Assembly (NCBI GenBank): GCA_965207175.1
Contig: OZ242269.1
Location: forward strand, 1,479,765-1,543,764
DNA: 64,000 nucleotides
Reading direction: 5' to 3'
Origin: Nitrospirales bacterium
Lineage (GTDB): Bacteria; Nitrospirota; Nitrospiria; Nitrospirales; UBA8639
The translations under genes and the position numbers were made by a program. The notes under the pieces are model-generated. The model was not told the origin of the DNA, made no database searches, and was given only the letters and a program-made list of their open reading frames with translations. Positions 1 to 9,434 of this stretch are shown here, in pieces; position 1 is the stretch's first letter; every line of letters starts with the position of its first letter.

Positions 1-1578
1 GTCGAGCACGATCAGCCGGCAGGTCTGGGCATCAACGCCCGTGGACAACAGCCGCGAGGTGGTCACCAGCACAGGGTATCTGGATTCCGGATCAATGAAG
101 TTGTCCAGTTGTGCCTGGCCTTCGGCGTCGTCGCCGGTGATACGCATAACGTAATGGTGGTTTTTGTTGACAAGGTCGGCGTTCTCATTGATGAGTGCCT
201 GGCGCATGCGGGCGGCGTGTTCCTGATCGACGCAGAAGAGGATCGCTTTCTGAAAGCGGTCGCCGCTTTCCTTCAGAAACTCCGTGACCTTGCGGGCGAC
301 GAGATTCGTCCGACCATCCAGCACCAGAGTACGGTCAAAGTCCCTGGAGGTATAGAGACGGTCTTCGACTTCGTTGCCGTCCCGGTCAAGCTGGCTCTTT
401 TCGGGACGGTAGCCTTCCACGTCGCGGTCAATGTGGACCTTGATGACTTTGTAAGGCGCGAGGAAGCCGTCGCGGATGCCCTGTTTCAGGGAGTAGGAAT
501 AGACCGGATCGCCGAAGTAATGGATGTTGGAAACGTAGCGGGTTTCCCTGGGCGTGGCGGTCAGGCCGATCTGTGTGGCCGTGGTAAAGTATTCCAGGAT
601 TTCCCGCCAGGCTGAATCCTCGGCGGCACTGCCGCGGTGGCACTCGTCCACCACAATCAGGTCAAAGAAAGTGGGCGAGAGCTCGCGGAAAATCTTTTGG
701 TGTTCCTCCGGCCCGGTGATCGCCTGATAGAGACTAAGATAGATTTCGTAGGCGGTGTCAATGCGGCGGTTTTTATTTATGGCGGTCGCCAAGTCCTCGG
801 AGGAGCCATCCCAACGTTCAATGGTTTTGGCATTGGTCGACAGCTTGGCCATTGCCGCACCGAAAGGTCGAAAGTCATTGACCATGGTCTGATTGATCAA
901 CACGTTGCGGTCGGCCAGGAACAGGACGCGCTTTTTGTGGCCCGCTTTCCACAGCCGCCAAATGATCTGAAAGGCGGTGTAGGTCTTGCCGGTTCCCGTC
1001 GCCATGACGAGCAGGATGCGGTTGCGGCCCTTGGCAATGGCCTCTATCGCGGCGTTGACGGCGTTGATCTGGTAATAACGCGGTGCCTTGCCGCTACTGT
1101 CGTCGAAATAGTCCTGGAGAACGATTTTCTCCGCGTCTGGCGTCAGACCCTTCCAATCGCGAAAGTGTGCCCACAGATCACGCGGCGACGGGAAGGAGTC
1201 AAGATCGAGGGTCGTTTCCGTTTCAGCGTTGACTCCGGTTCGGTCGTGAAACACGAAGCCGTCCCCGTTGGAGGAGAACACGAAAGGGATATTGAGTGTG
1301 GCGGCATAGTCGAGAGCCTGTTGCATACCGTCGCCGATAGCGTGCGTGTTGTTTTTGGCCTCAATCAGCGCGATGGGGATGTTGGGCTTGTAGTAGAGGA
1401 CATAGTCGGCCCGCTTGGCCCTGCCCCGGCTGACCAGCTTGCCGCGCACGATGATGCGGCCCTTTGTGAAGCTGAACTCCTCGCGGATTTGTGCTATCTC
1501 GTCCCAACCAGCGCGCTTGATGGCAGGCAGAATGAACTTGGTGCAGATGTCACGTTCGCTAAGACTTTTCTTGTTCAT
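1..1578 (-). CDS. hsdR: Type I restriction enzyme R subunit (HsdR), N-terminal 526 codons; the rest runs off the left edge
   Basis: Absent from the ORF track because it is open at the window edge. The reverse complement from ATG (comp. 1576-1578) reads [52 protein letters not shown]...[24 protein letters not shown], a typical HsdR N-terminal nuclease region. In the same frame are [12 protein letters not shown] (Walker A, comp. 982-1017) and DLIVVDECH (DExH box, comp. 637-663). The + ORFs 109..615 and 637..1596 are antisense shadows. Confidence 0.85.
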   Translation of the reverse strand, partial: MNKKSLSERDICTKFILPAIKRAGWDEIAQIREEFSFTKGRIIVRGKLVSRGRAKRADYVLYYKPNIPIALIEAKNNTHAIGDGMQQALDYAATLNIPFVFSSNGDGFVFHDRTGVNAETETTLDLDSFPSPRDLWAHFRDWKGLTPDAEKIVLQDYFDDSSGKAPRYYQINAVNAAIEAIAKGRNRILLVMATGTGKTYTAFQIIWRLWKAGHKKRVLFLADRNVLINQTMVNDFRPFGAAMAKLSTNAKTIERWDGSSEDLATAINKNRRIDTAYEIYLSLYQAITGPEEHQKIFRELSPTFFDLIVVDECHRGSAAEDSAWREILEYFTTATQIGLTATPRETRYVSNIHYFGDPVYSYSLKQGIRDGFLAPYKVIKVHIDRDVEGYRPEKSQLDRDGNEVEDRLYTSRDFDRTLVLDGRTNLVARKVTEFLKESGDRFQKAILFCVDQEHAARMRQALINENADLVNKNHHYVMRITGDDAEGQAQLDNFIDPESRYPVLVTTSRLLSTGVDAQTCRLIVLD

Positions 1579-1842
1579 AAACGCACAATTTTATAGGTTG
1601 TGTTCAACTTGCACAATACACACGATGATGAGGCGAACCATGGCACAGGACTGACCTGGAGCCACACTTGGGGACAAGATATAACAACAAGACTTTCTGA
1701 TAATTTCCCCAGCATTTTTGGTCATTATTTCCAGAAGGACATGAAAAAGACGCAGAGCAAGCAGGGCAGAGTGGGGCAAGATCATGCTAGGATTTCGGTA
1801 GGGGACAGGGTATGATAGACAATAGGACAACCCACAAAAACG

Positions 1843-2349
1843 GTGTGTTTGATTGTGAGCACGTCCATCGTCACCGCACAAGAACTCGTTTCTCTCCTGA
1901 CCCGGCGACGGGCGCAGGGTGCCCGTGTTGTGTTGACGAATGGCTGCTTCGACCTGCTGCATATCGGGCATATTCGGTATCTCCAGTCGGCGCGGGAGTT
2001 GGGGGACATTCTGGTCGTGGGCGTGAACAGCGACGCGTCGGTGCAAGGCCTGCAAAAAGGCCACGGTCGGCCCGTGGTACCGGACAGCCAGCGCATGGAA
2101 GTCTTGAGCGCCCTGTCGTGCGTGGACTATGTGGTCAAGTTTGAGGAGCCCGATCCGCTGCGTCTGATTGAAACGATACGCCCCGATGTCCTGGTGAAGG
2201 GCGGAGACTGGCCGGTTGACCAGATTGTGGGCCGGCATAGTGTCGAGGCCCAGGGGGGCACCGTCGTCCGCATTCCGCTTGTCCCCGGGGTTTCAACGAG
2301 TCATCTGATTGAACGCATCCAGCATTCGGACGGAACGCAGACAGGCTGA
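1843..2349 (+). CDS. rfaE2: D-glycero-beta-D-manno-heptose 1-phosphate adenylyltransferase (RfaE domain II type cytidylyltransferase)
   Basis: 168-aa ORF with VVLTNGCFDLLHIGHIRYL (HxGH nucleotidyltransferase motif), VVGVNSD and LVKGGDW. Size and layout fit stand-alone RfaE domain II. The start is uncertain (GTG at 1843 or GTG/TTG a few codons in). Confidence 0.8.
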   Translation: MCLIVSTSIVTAQELVSLLTRRRAQGARVVLTNGCFDLLHIGHIRYLQSARELGDILVVGVNSDASVQGLQKGHGRPVVPDSQRMEVLSALSCVDYVVKFEEPDPLRLIETIRPDVLVKGGDWPVDQIVGRHSVEAQGGTVVRIPLVPGVSTSHLIERIQHSDGTQTG

Positions 2350-2432
2350 ACACAAGAAGGACCCCCGAACATATTTCCCCCGCCGACGTCGCCGCGCCGG
2401 GCACACCCCAGACGCACGAACATCCTGTTGTC

Positions 2433-5400
2433 ATGAGTACCCGTGAACCGTTCACCATGTCCTCCTCGTCGGGCGCGCACATACTCACGCCCGTGTTTGA
2501 GGCCCTGACCACTCCGGGCACCAAGCCATTCGTGGCGGGCGCGCATGGCCCGGGGCTTGCCTTCACCCTCGCGACGCTCATGACGACACAGCATCGTCGG
2601 GACGAGACGGCGTCGGCCCGCGATCTCCCGTTCCAGGGCATCCTTCCCCGCACCTGGCTGATTCTGACGCCGACGCAGGAAGAGGCGGAATCGCTGTTTC
2701 AGGACATGGCGTTTTTCTTTACCTGCTTCGCTCTCCCCGTGGACGCGCTGACGTGTTTCCCGGATCACGGCCAGGCCCCCTATGCCGCCGACACGCCATC
2801 CATTGATCTGGTCGCGCAACGGATGCGGACCCTGTTTCGCCTCCACGCCAATCGCCCCGCCGTAGTCATCACCACGCCCGCCGCCATTCTGCAGCGTCTG
2901 ATTCCGCCATCCGCGTTTGCCCAGTCATGCGCGCACCTGCACGAGGGCGGCACGATTGACCGGGAATCACTGATTCACCAGTTGCTGTGTACCGGATACC
3001 GGCGCGTGTCCGTGGTGGATATTCCTGGGGAATTCAGCATTCGAGGCGGCATCATTGATATTTTTTCCACGGGCGACGCGGAACCCTGCCGGATAGAATG
3101 TCTGGGCGATACCATCGAGTCCATTCGTCTGTTTGATCCGACAACACAGGAATCCACCGGCTCCGTTCTCGCCGCCGACATTCTGCCCGCCCGTGCCTAC
3201 CTGCTGCCGCCTGAACAATCCGATCGCGCACTGGCCGACATCCCGCCGGACGCGGAATGGCGATTGCCGGAAACGTATCCCGCCATGGCCACCCTTCCCG
3301 ATTACATTTCCACATCGCCGTTCGTGGTCATGGATCGTCCCGTCACGCTGGAACATGTCGCACGGGAGTGGGGGGATGCGGTACGGGGGGCCTGGGAGGA
3401 ACACGACACCACGCTCACAGGGGAACCCCGCGCGCCGTATCCCGAACCTTCGCGATGCTACGCCGACTGGGACGAGTTCGCGCAATGTATTGCCGATTGC
3501 CCGTCTCTGGCCTGCGACGCAATCGCGCCCTCCGAAGACTCGTGGACTCCCGTCATCACGCTTCCCATCCAATCGGCCAACAGCGCGGGGCTGGGACTGC
3601 GCGGCACATCCTTTACCGAGACCCTGGCAATTCTGGAGCGGCTTCGGCGCGACGGGCCGGTCATGATCGTGGTGCGCTCGGCCGGACAGGTCGGACGCCT
3701 GCTGGAGTTATTCGCGGAACATCACGCCCCTGCCACCGAGCAGAACCCCCTTGGTCCGCACGGACCGACTCCCGCGCCGTCCGAACACGCGCCGTTTTAC
3801 ATTCTTCAGGGGGTGCTGTCGTCGGGGTTTGTGGCACCGTCGTTTCCCTTCACGGTGGTCACGGAAGAAGATATCTTCGCAAAAATTCCGCGGCGGCGCC
3901 TCTCACCCACAAACAAGACCGCCACCTTTCTGTCGTCGCTGGATGATGTGAACGCCGGCGATTACGTGGTCCACGCGCAACATGGTATCTGCCGGTACCA
4001 GGGTCTGCGGCGTCTGACCGTGCAGGATTTTGAAAGCGACTACCTCTTTCTGGAATTTTCCGGACGGGACACGCTCTACGTACCGCTGGATCGCCTGAAC
4101 CAGATTCAACCCTATCGGGCCAGCGAGCACCCGGCCACCCGACTCGACAAACTGGGGGGAACGAGCTGGGCCAAAACCAAAGCGCGCGTCGCCAAAAACA
4201 TCGAGGACATGACCGACGAACTGGTCGAGTTATACGCCAACCGCGAAGTCGTCACCCGACAACCCTATCAGGAAGACGCCATGCTGTCCCATGAATTTGA
4301 CGCGGCCTTCGATTACGAAGAAACTCCCGACCAGCTCAAAACCATCGAGGACATTCAACGCGACCTCGAACTCCCCCAACCGATGGACCGGTTAGTCTGC
4401 GGAGACGTGGGGTATGGCAAAACCGAAGTGGCGATGCGGGCGGCGTTTCACGCCGTCCAGAACAATCGTCAGGTGGCGGTGCTGACGCCCACCACGCTCC
4501 TCGCGCAACAACATTATGAAACGTTTACACGACGATTCGCGCCGTTTCCCGTTCGCGTGGCCGTCCTCTCGCGATTTCAAAGCACCAAAGAGGTCAACGC
4601 GTTGCTGCCAGACCTGGCGTCGGGCGTCGTGGACATCGTCATCGGCACACATCGGCTCCTCCAGAAACACGTGCAGTTTAAACAACTGGGCCTGGTCATT
4701 ATTGACGAAGAGCAATGGTTTGGCGTCCGGCATAAAGAGAAACTCAAACAACTGCGCACGCATGTGGACGTGTTGACGCTGACGGCAACCCCCATCCCCC
4801 GCACGCTGCAAATGGCGTTCTCCGGAGTTCGGGATCTGTCGGTCATTCACACGCCCCCGCCCGCGCGCCTGGCCATTCGCACACAGGTCGCCCGGTTCAA
4901 TACCACGCTGATTCGCGACGCGATCCGTCGGGAACTGGCGAGAAACGGGCAGGTCTTTTATGTGTATAATCGCGTTGACACCATTGAACGGACAGGGCAG
5001 TGGCTTCAGGACCTCGTCCCCGAAGCCCGTATCGTCATGGCCCATGGGCAGATCAATAAGCATGTGCTTGAAGGCGTCATGCTCCGCTTCTTTCACGGCG
5101 AGGCGGACATTCTGCTTGCGACCTCGATTATCCAGTCGGGGCTGGACGTGCCGCGAGCCAATACCATCCTGGTGGATCGGGCCCATACCTTTGGCCTCGC
5201 ACAGCTCTACCAGTTGCGGGGACGTGTGGGGCGTGCCGGGGAACAGGCCTATGCGTATTTTCTGTTCCCCAACGAAGAGCTGTTGAGTACCGATGCCCAA
5301 CGACGACTGACGGCCATTCAGGAATTTTCCGACCTGGGCGCGGGGTTTCGCATTGCCGCCGCCGACCTGGAAATCCGGGGAGCCGGCAACCTGCTGGGCA

Positions 5401-5972
5401 AACAACAGTCCGGCAACATTGCCGCAATCGGATTTGATTTGTATATGCGGATGGTTGAAGAGGCCGTGCAACGGAAGAAGGGCGCGCCCGTAGAAGAAGA
5501 GGTGGATCCGACGTTACATGTGAACGTGTCGGCCTTTATCCCCGACCACTACGTTGAGGACGATCATCAACGCCTGTCGCTGTATAAACGGCTCTCGGCC
5601 AGTCAGAAGATTGGCGACCTCGCGCTCATCCATGAGGAAACCCGGGATCGGTACGGGACACCGCCCGAACCGGTGGAGCGGTTGTTTGAAGTCATGCAGC
5701 TTCGGTTGCTGGCCAGGAAGCTGCGCCTGGAATCGCTGGACGCCACGAATGGAAAAATGACGTTGACCTTTGCGCCCACGGCCACGATTGCTCCGGAAAG
5801 CCTTGACTGGCTCAAGAAGCATTCGGACGACGGTCTCCAGTTCCTCTCACCCGTGTCCTTCGCGCTGATCATGCCGCTTGAGGAATGGTCGGACGTGGCG
5901 GCCGAATTGAATGTGATTTTGAACGGCTTGCTGGAAGCCGCACACAAACCCGAAGTCCCATCCCCATCATGA
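2433..5972 (+). CDS. mfd: Transcription-repair coupling factor Mfd
   Basis: 1179-aa ORF. It has a CarD/TRCF RNAP-interaction segment (DYVVHAQHGICRYQGL), SF2 translocase motifs (GDVGYGKTEVAMRAAF, IIDEEQWFGV, LTATPIPRTL, QLRGRVGR) and a C-terminal TRCF domain. Confidence 0.95.
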   Translation: MSTREPFTMSSSSGAHILTPVFEALTTPGTKPFVAGAHGPGLAFTLATLMTTQHRRDETASARDLPFQGILPRTWLILTPTQEEAESLFQDMAFFFTCFALPVDALTCFPDHGQAPYAADTPSIDLVAQRMRTLFRLHANRPAVVITTPAAILQRLIPPSAFAQSCAHLHEGGTIDRESLIHQLLCTGYRRVSVVDIPGEFSIRGGIIDIFSTGDAEPCRIECLGDTIESIRLFDPTTQESTGSVLAADILPARAYLLPPEQSDRALADIPPDAEWRLPETYPAMATLPDYISTSPFVVMDRPVTLEHVAREWGDAVRGAWEEHDTTLTGEPRAPYPEPSRCYADWDEFAQCIADCPSLACDAIAPSEDSWTPVITLPIQSANSAGLGLRGTSFTETLAILERLRRDGPVMIVVRSAGQVGRLLELFAEHHAPATEQNPLGPHGPTPAPSEHAPFYILQGVLSSGFVAPSFPFTVVTEEDIFAKIPRRRLSPTNKTATFLSSLDDVNAGDYVVHAQHGICRYQGLRRLTVQDFESDYLFLEFSGRDTLYVPLDRLNQIQPYRASEHPATRLDKLGGTSWAKTKARVAKNIEDMTDELVELYANREVVTRQPYQEDAMLSHEFDAAFDYEETPDQLKTIEDIQRDLELPQPMDRLVCGDVGYGKTEVAMRAAFHAVQNNRQVAVLTPTTLLAQQHYETFTRRFAPFPVRVAVLSRFQSTKEVNALLPDLASGVVDIVIGTHRLLQKHVQFKQLGLVIIDEEQWFGVRHKEKLKQLRTHVDVLTLTATPIPRTLQMAFSGVRDLSVIHTPPPARLAIRTQVARFNTTLIRDAIRRELARNGQVFYVYNRVDTIERTGQWLQDLVPEARIVMAHGQINKHVLEGVMLRFFHGEADILLATSIIQSGLDVPRANTILVDRAHTFGLAQLYQLRGRVGRAGEQAYAYFLFPNEELLSTDAQRRLTAIQEFSDLGAGFRIAAADLEIRGAGNLLGKQQSGNIAAIGFDLYMRMVEEAVQRKKGAPVEEEVDPTLHVNVSAFIPDHYVEDDHQRLSLYKRLSASQKIGDLALIHEETRDRYGTPPEPVERLFEVMQLRLLARKLRLESLDATNGKMTLTFAPTATIAPESLDWLKKHSDDGLQFLSPVSFALIMPLEEWSDVAAELNVILNGLLEAAHKPEVPSPS

Positions 5973-6976
5973 AGCCCCTTCTCCTCTCTTCCTCGCGCAT
6001 GTTCCGGCGCGGTCTCTCGATAGCTCGTCTCCGGCTCAAGGCCCAGCTCACGAGCATGGCCGTGCTGCCGGTCATCCTGTGCGTGATCGGAGTCCCGGCT
6101 CCCGTTGTTCAGGCCCAACAACTTTCAGACGGTATCGCCGCCATCGTCAATGCGGAAGTGATTATGATTTCCGATCTTCAGGACGCGATGGCGGATGAAA
6201 CCGTTCGCTTGAAGGCCCGGCATGAAGGAGAGGCATTCAGGAAGCGGCTCGTGCAAAAACAATACGAGGTGCTGAATCGGATGATCACACGGAAGCTCCA
6301 GCTACAGGAAGCCGCGGCAAAGGAGATGACGGTCACCGATGAGGAAGTGGACAAAGCCTGGGAGCACGTACAAAAAAATCCCGACTCCGTGCCGGTCGGG
6401 GTGGCTCGCTCCAAGGATGCCTTCCGCGAAGAGATGACGCTGCGCCGCCTCACGGATTTTGAAGTGCAACGACGCATTCTCGTCCCCTTTGAAGAAATTC
6501 GCACCTACTACAACGAACGGGAGCGGCAATTCACCACGCCGCCGAAACACCGCCTCCGCCAAATTCTGTTGGTGCCGAAGCCGAATGAAAGCAGGGATGC
6601 GGTCCGGGAACGGGCGGAAGATATTGAGAGGCAGCTCCAGGAAGGGGCAACGTTCGCGGAACTGGCCGCCATCTATTCCGACGGGCCCACCGGAGACAAC
6701 GGGGGGGACCTGGAATTCGTACAAAAAGAGGACTTGTTGACGCCGCTAGGAGCGGCCCTTGACGAACTGGCGCAAGGCGAACGCAGCCCGGTGATTGAAA
6801 CGGACATCGGGATGCATATTTTGCTGCGCGGGGAGACACGCGAGGGAACCCCGCAACCGTTTGACACCGTGAAAGGCTTTATTCGGAACCAGCTCTATCA
6901 ACAGAAACTGCGACGGGCCCACGAAGCATGGCTGTCGTCGTTACAAGACAAGTCCTACATCGACATCCGTCTCTGA
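5969..6976 (+). CDS. SurA-like periplasmic chaperone / parvulin-type peptidyl-prolyl isomerase
   Basis: Same frame as ORF 5885..6976. ATG at 5969 overlaps the mfd stop (ATGA) and gives MKPLLLSSS...VVQAQQ, a signal-peptide-like N-terminus. A SurA N-domain-like helical region follows, then a PpiC/parvulin domain (RLRQILLVPK...GGDLEFVQKEDLLTPLGAAL...GMHILL). Confidence 0.75.
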   Translation: MKPLLLSSSRMFRRGLSIARLRLKAQLTSMAVLPVILCVIGVPAPVVQAQQLSDGIAAIVNAEVIMISDLQDAMADETVRLKARHEGEAFRKRLVQKQYEVLNRMITRKLQLQEAAAKEMTVTDEEVDKAWEHVQKNPDSVPVGVARSKDAFREEMTLRRLTDFEVQRRILVPFEEIRTYYNERERQFTTPPKHRLRQILLVPKPNESRDAVRERAEDIERQLQEGATFAELAAIYSDGPTGDNGGDLEFVQKEDLLTPLGAALDELAQGERSPVIETDIGMHILLRGETREGTPQPFDTVKGFIRNQLYQQKLRRAHEAWLSSLQDKSYIDIRL

Positions 6977-7594
6977 CGGCTCTCTCTGTTCCCACTGTCC
7001 ATAACGCCGTTTCATTGTTTGCCACAGTTCCTGACGGCCCTCGTTCGTGTGCGAAGAATACCCCAAGGCGTCTTCATGCTCGTCCAATCCCAGGCGCTGA
7101 CACATGCGCAGCAAACCTGACCGGCGCTGCCCGCGAGACAGTTTATCCATCTTGGTCCCCACCACAATGGGGCGATGCCCGATACGGATCAGCCATTCCA
7201 GCGTGGTCACGTCACGATCTTCGACTCCCCGGATATCCACCAACTGGACCACGACACATAATTGAGACCGTTCCATCAAATAGCGTTCAATCATCGGGCC
7301 CCATTGTTCACGAACCGATTTGGACGCTTTGGCATAGCCGTAACCTGGCAAATCCACAAACGCGAGCGCGGGGAACGCCTTGTCGCCCGTCGTCACCCGA
7401 AAAAAATTCAGTGTTTGCGTTTTCCCCGGGGTCATGCTGACCTTGGCGATGCTTTTGCGACACAACAACGAATTAATCGCCGAGGATTTGCCGACGTTGG
7501 ATCGTCCCGCGAACGCCACCTCGGGAAGACGCTCCCGTGGATACTGATCCGGCTGCACGCAGCTCTTCACAAATTCCGCCGAAAGAATCTTCAT
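6941..7594 (-). CDS. engB: Ribosome biogenesis GTP-binding protein YsxC/EngB
   Basis: 217-aa ORF with G1 AGRSNVGKSSAINSL, G3 DLPGYG and G4 TKMDK. Its 3' end converges on, and overlaps, the SurA-like gene by 36 nt. Confidence 0.9.
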   Translation of the reverse strand: MKILSAEFVKSCVQPDQYPRERLPEVAFAGRSNVGKSSAINSLLCRKSIAKVSMTPGKTQTLNFFRVTTGDKAFPALAFVDLPGYGYAKASKSVREQWGPMIERYLMERSQLCVVVQLVDIRGVEDRDVTTLEWLIRIGHRPIVVGTKMDKLSRGQRRSGLLRMCQRLGLDEHEDALGYSSHTNEGRQELWQTMKRRYGQWEQREPSETDVDVGLVL

Positions 7595-7619
7595 GTTGCA
7601 CCCCGCGAATACATGGGCG

Positions 7620-8096
7620 TCACGTCTGCCTCTGTCGCGTTTTCATGGCCCGTTCCATTTCACGGCCGGCTTCGCGTTTTTTCACCGTCTCCCGCCGGTC
7701 ATAATGCTTTTGCCCGCGCGCCAGCCCCAACTCGATTTTGACGATCCCGCGCGGATTAAAATACATGCGGAGCGGCACCAGCGTCAGACCTTTCTGCTGA
7801 ACTTTTCCGTTCAAAGTCCGGATTTCTTTGCGACGCAGCAACAGTCCGCGCTGTCGCAACGGTTCATGATTCATGAGATTCCCGTGACTGTATTCACCGA
7901 TGTGGCAATTATGCAGCAAGGCCCGCTCTCCGGCCACCGTGGCATAGGCCTCGCGCAAATTGACCCGACCTTCCCGCAGCGCCTTCACCTCGGTCCCGGT
8001 GAGAATCATGCCCGCCTCAATTTTTTCTTCAATCAAATAGTCGTGAAACGCCTTCCGATTGCTCCCGATGAGTTTGATGGTTCGCTCTTGAGCCAT
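7620..8096 (-). CDS. smpB: SsrA-binding protein SmpB
   Basis: Within ORF 7620..8210. Met-39 (MAQERTIKLIGSNRKAFHDYLIEEKIEAGMILTGTEVKALREGRVNL...) matches the canonical SmpB N-terminus and length (~158 aa). The upstream TTG-initiated extension is unlikely to be translated. Confidence 0.9.
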   Translation of the reverse strand: MAQERTIKLIGSNRKAFHDYLIEEKIEAGMILTGTEVKALREGRVNLREAYATVAGERALLHNCHIGEYSHGNLMNHEPLRQRGLLLRRKEIRTLNGKVQQKGLTLVPLRMYFNPRGIVKIELGLARGQKHYDRRETVKKREAGREMERAMKTRQRQT

Positions 8097-8239
8097 GAGT
8101 ACACACAGACTGCAACCGGCAGGGCCAGTTCTCTGATACACATCCGGGCCGCAGGCGCCATCCCGCATGTGCAACAGCCGGCACGGCGCCTGTCCTGCTA
8201 TTGCTCCCAATCCTTGTGACGGCTTAGAATACCACGACC

Positions 8240-8728
8240 ATGCACTCCTTTTCTTCCTCCCGGTTCCTCGTCAGGGAAATTTCCCAACGCCACGGGTTTG
8301 CCATGCGGCTTGGCGAATATCGTCTCCAACAACAGTGGAAGACCATCGCGGGCACATTCGTGGCGTCGCATACCTGGCCGACCGGGATCAGATTTCACAC
8401 CTTGTACGTAGCCGTGGAAAATTCAGTGTGGCTGCACCAGCTCACATATCTCAAAGCCACGTTGCTGGAGAAAATTCAATCGGAAACGAAAGAGATCGAG
8501 TTGCAGGATATTATTTTCAGGATCGGCGACATACCCACATTCCCGGAACGCGCCGCCGCACCCGCCCTCGCCGAAGAGGCGGACACGTTTCAGGCGCCTC
8601 CCGACGCCCGGAAGACCGCCGCCGACTGTACGCAAGTGATCCGGGATAAAGCCTTGCGTGATTCCCTCACCCGAATCATTGCAACGGCGCTGTCGGCGGG
8701 GCCACGCACGAAAAAAGAGGATGGCTGA
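8240..8728 (+). CDS. DUF721 domain protein (DciA-like, putative replicative helicase operator)
   Basis: 162-aa ORF. WKTIAGTFVASHTWPTGIRFHTLYVAVENSVWLHQLTYLKATLLEKI has the typical DUF721 pattern (..L.V.v.ss.w..eL......l...l). Identified by pattern memory only. Confidence 0.6.
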   Translation: MHSFSSSRFLVREISQRHGFAMRLGEYRLQQQWKTIAGTFVASHTWPTGIRFHTLYVAVENSVWLHQLTYLKATLLEKIQSETKEIELQDIIFRIGDIPTFPERAAAPALAEEADTFQAPPDARKTAADCTQVIRDKALRDSLTRIIATALSAGPRTKKEDG

Positions 8729-9015
8729 TTCAGCCGACGCATTCAGGAAGAATGCGGAAACGGCACAGACTACCGCAAGCTCGACAACTCCGAGATCGTC
8801 CGTCTCTCGAATCCCGATTTACGTCCCGACCCAACCTTGCTGGCGTGGCACAACGAGCAACGTTTCAAGGGATGATCGGCGGGGAGATGATTGGGCCATG
8901 GCAATGTTGGTGAAGCTGGAGTGTACTGGTTCAATACATATGAGACTCATCAGGCCAAAGCTTTCCGTTGTTGAAAGCACTCATTTTCTCTAATTTAGAG
9001 AGCGTGGGTTGGGGA

Positions 9016-9401
9016 CTGGATTCCCGGGGATGCCCCGAGAATGACGGCGGGGAGGAAATGCACATCATGCTCGCCGGCCTCCCAGTCCGTCATTCTCACC
9101 GAAGGTGGGAATCCAGGTTGGTGTTCGCGCCCGGCCTCCCAGTCCGTCATTCTCACCGAAGGTGGGAATCCAGGTTGGTGTTCGCGGCGGGCTTCCCGGT
9201 CCGTCATTCTCACCGAAGGTGGGAATCCAGGTTGGTGTTCGCGGCCGGCTTCCCGGTCCGTCATTCTCACCGAGGGTGGGAATCCAGGTTGGTGTTCGCG
9301 CCCGGCCTCCCGGTCCGTCATTCTCACCGAAGGTGGGAATCCAGGTTGGTGTTCGCGCCGGCTTCCCAGTCCGTCATTCTCACTGAAGGTGGGAATCCAA
9401 G
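9016..9401. repeat. Hairpin-repeat array A: one inverted copy plus six head-to-tail copies with a 57-bp period
   Basis: A minus-orientation unit CTGGATTCCCGGGGATGCCCCGAGAATGACGG lies at 9016-9047. Plus-orientation units GTCATTCTCACCGAAGGTGGGAATCCAGG start at 9089, 9146, 9203, 9260, 9317 and 9373. They are separated by near-identical 28-nt linkers (TTGGTGTTCGCGCCCGGCCTCCCAGTCC and variants). 57 nt is 19 codons, which keeps several frames open (ORFs 8968..9504, 9041..9517, 9105..9386, 8995..9429). Confidence 0.9.
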
Positions 9402-9434
9402 TTATGTGTTTGAACCTATACAGGAGCATCCCTT

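Noticed and set aside
637-1596. Large antisense ORFs inside confidently called genes: 637..1596(+), 4392..5471(-), 12167..12901(-), 13370..14056(-), 16073..17353(-), 44501..45547(-), 47990..49114(-), 54192..55565(-), 56168..56917(-).
   Set aside because: These are typical high-GC shadow ORFs opposite genes with unmistakable motifs (hsdR, mfd, hsdM, hsdR, yidC, mnmG, atpH/atpA, atpG). Their translations are Arg/Gly/Pro-rich and motif-free.
8097-8239. Looked for tmRNA (ssrA) next to smpB.
   Set aside because: The flanking spacers (about 140 bp upstream, 25 bp downstream) are far too short for a ~350-nt tmRNA, and no tRNA-Ala-like acceptor/T-arm end was seen.
8729-9015. Unassigned ~290-bp spacer after the DUF721 gene. 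It holds a 90-codon frame starting at ATG 8721 and a stop-free frame reading ...IQEECGNGTDYRKLDNSEIVRLSNPDLRPDPTLLAWHNEQRFKG*.
   Set aside because: The ATG frame has no usable SD spacing and a low-complexity product. The second frame has no start codon and I cannot match it to a family. It may be a gene remnant, but the evidence is too thin to call.
9089-9401. Array A as a possible CRISPR array (29-nt palindromic repeat with 28-nt spacing).
   Set aside because: The 'spacers' are all the same sequence with only point differences. The repeat belongs to the genome-wide hairpin family, and no cas genes or leader are present.
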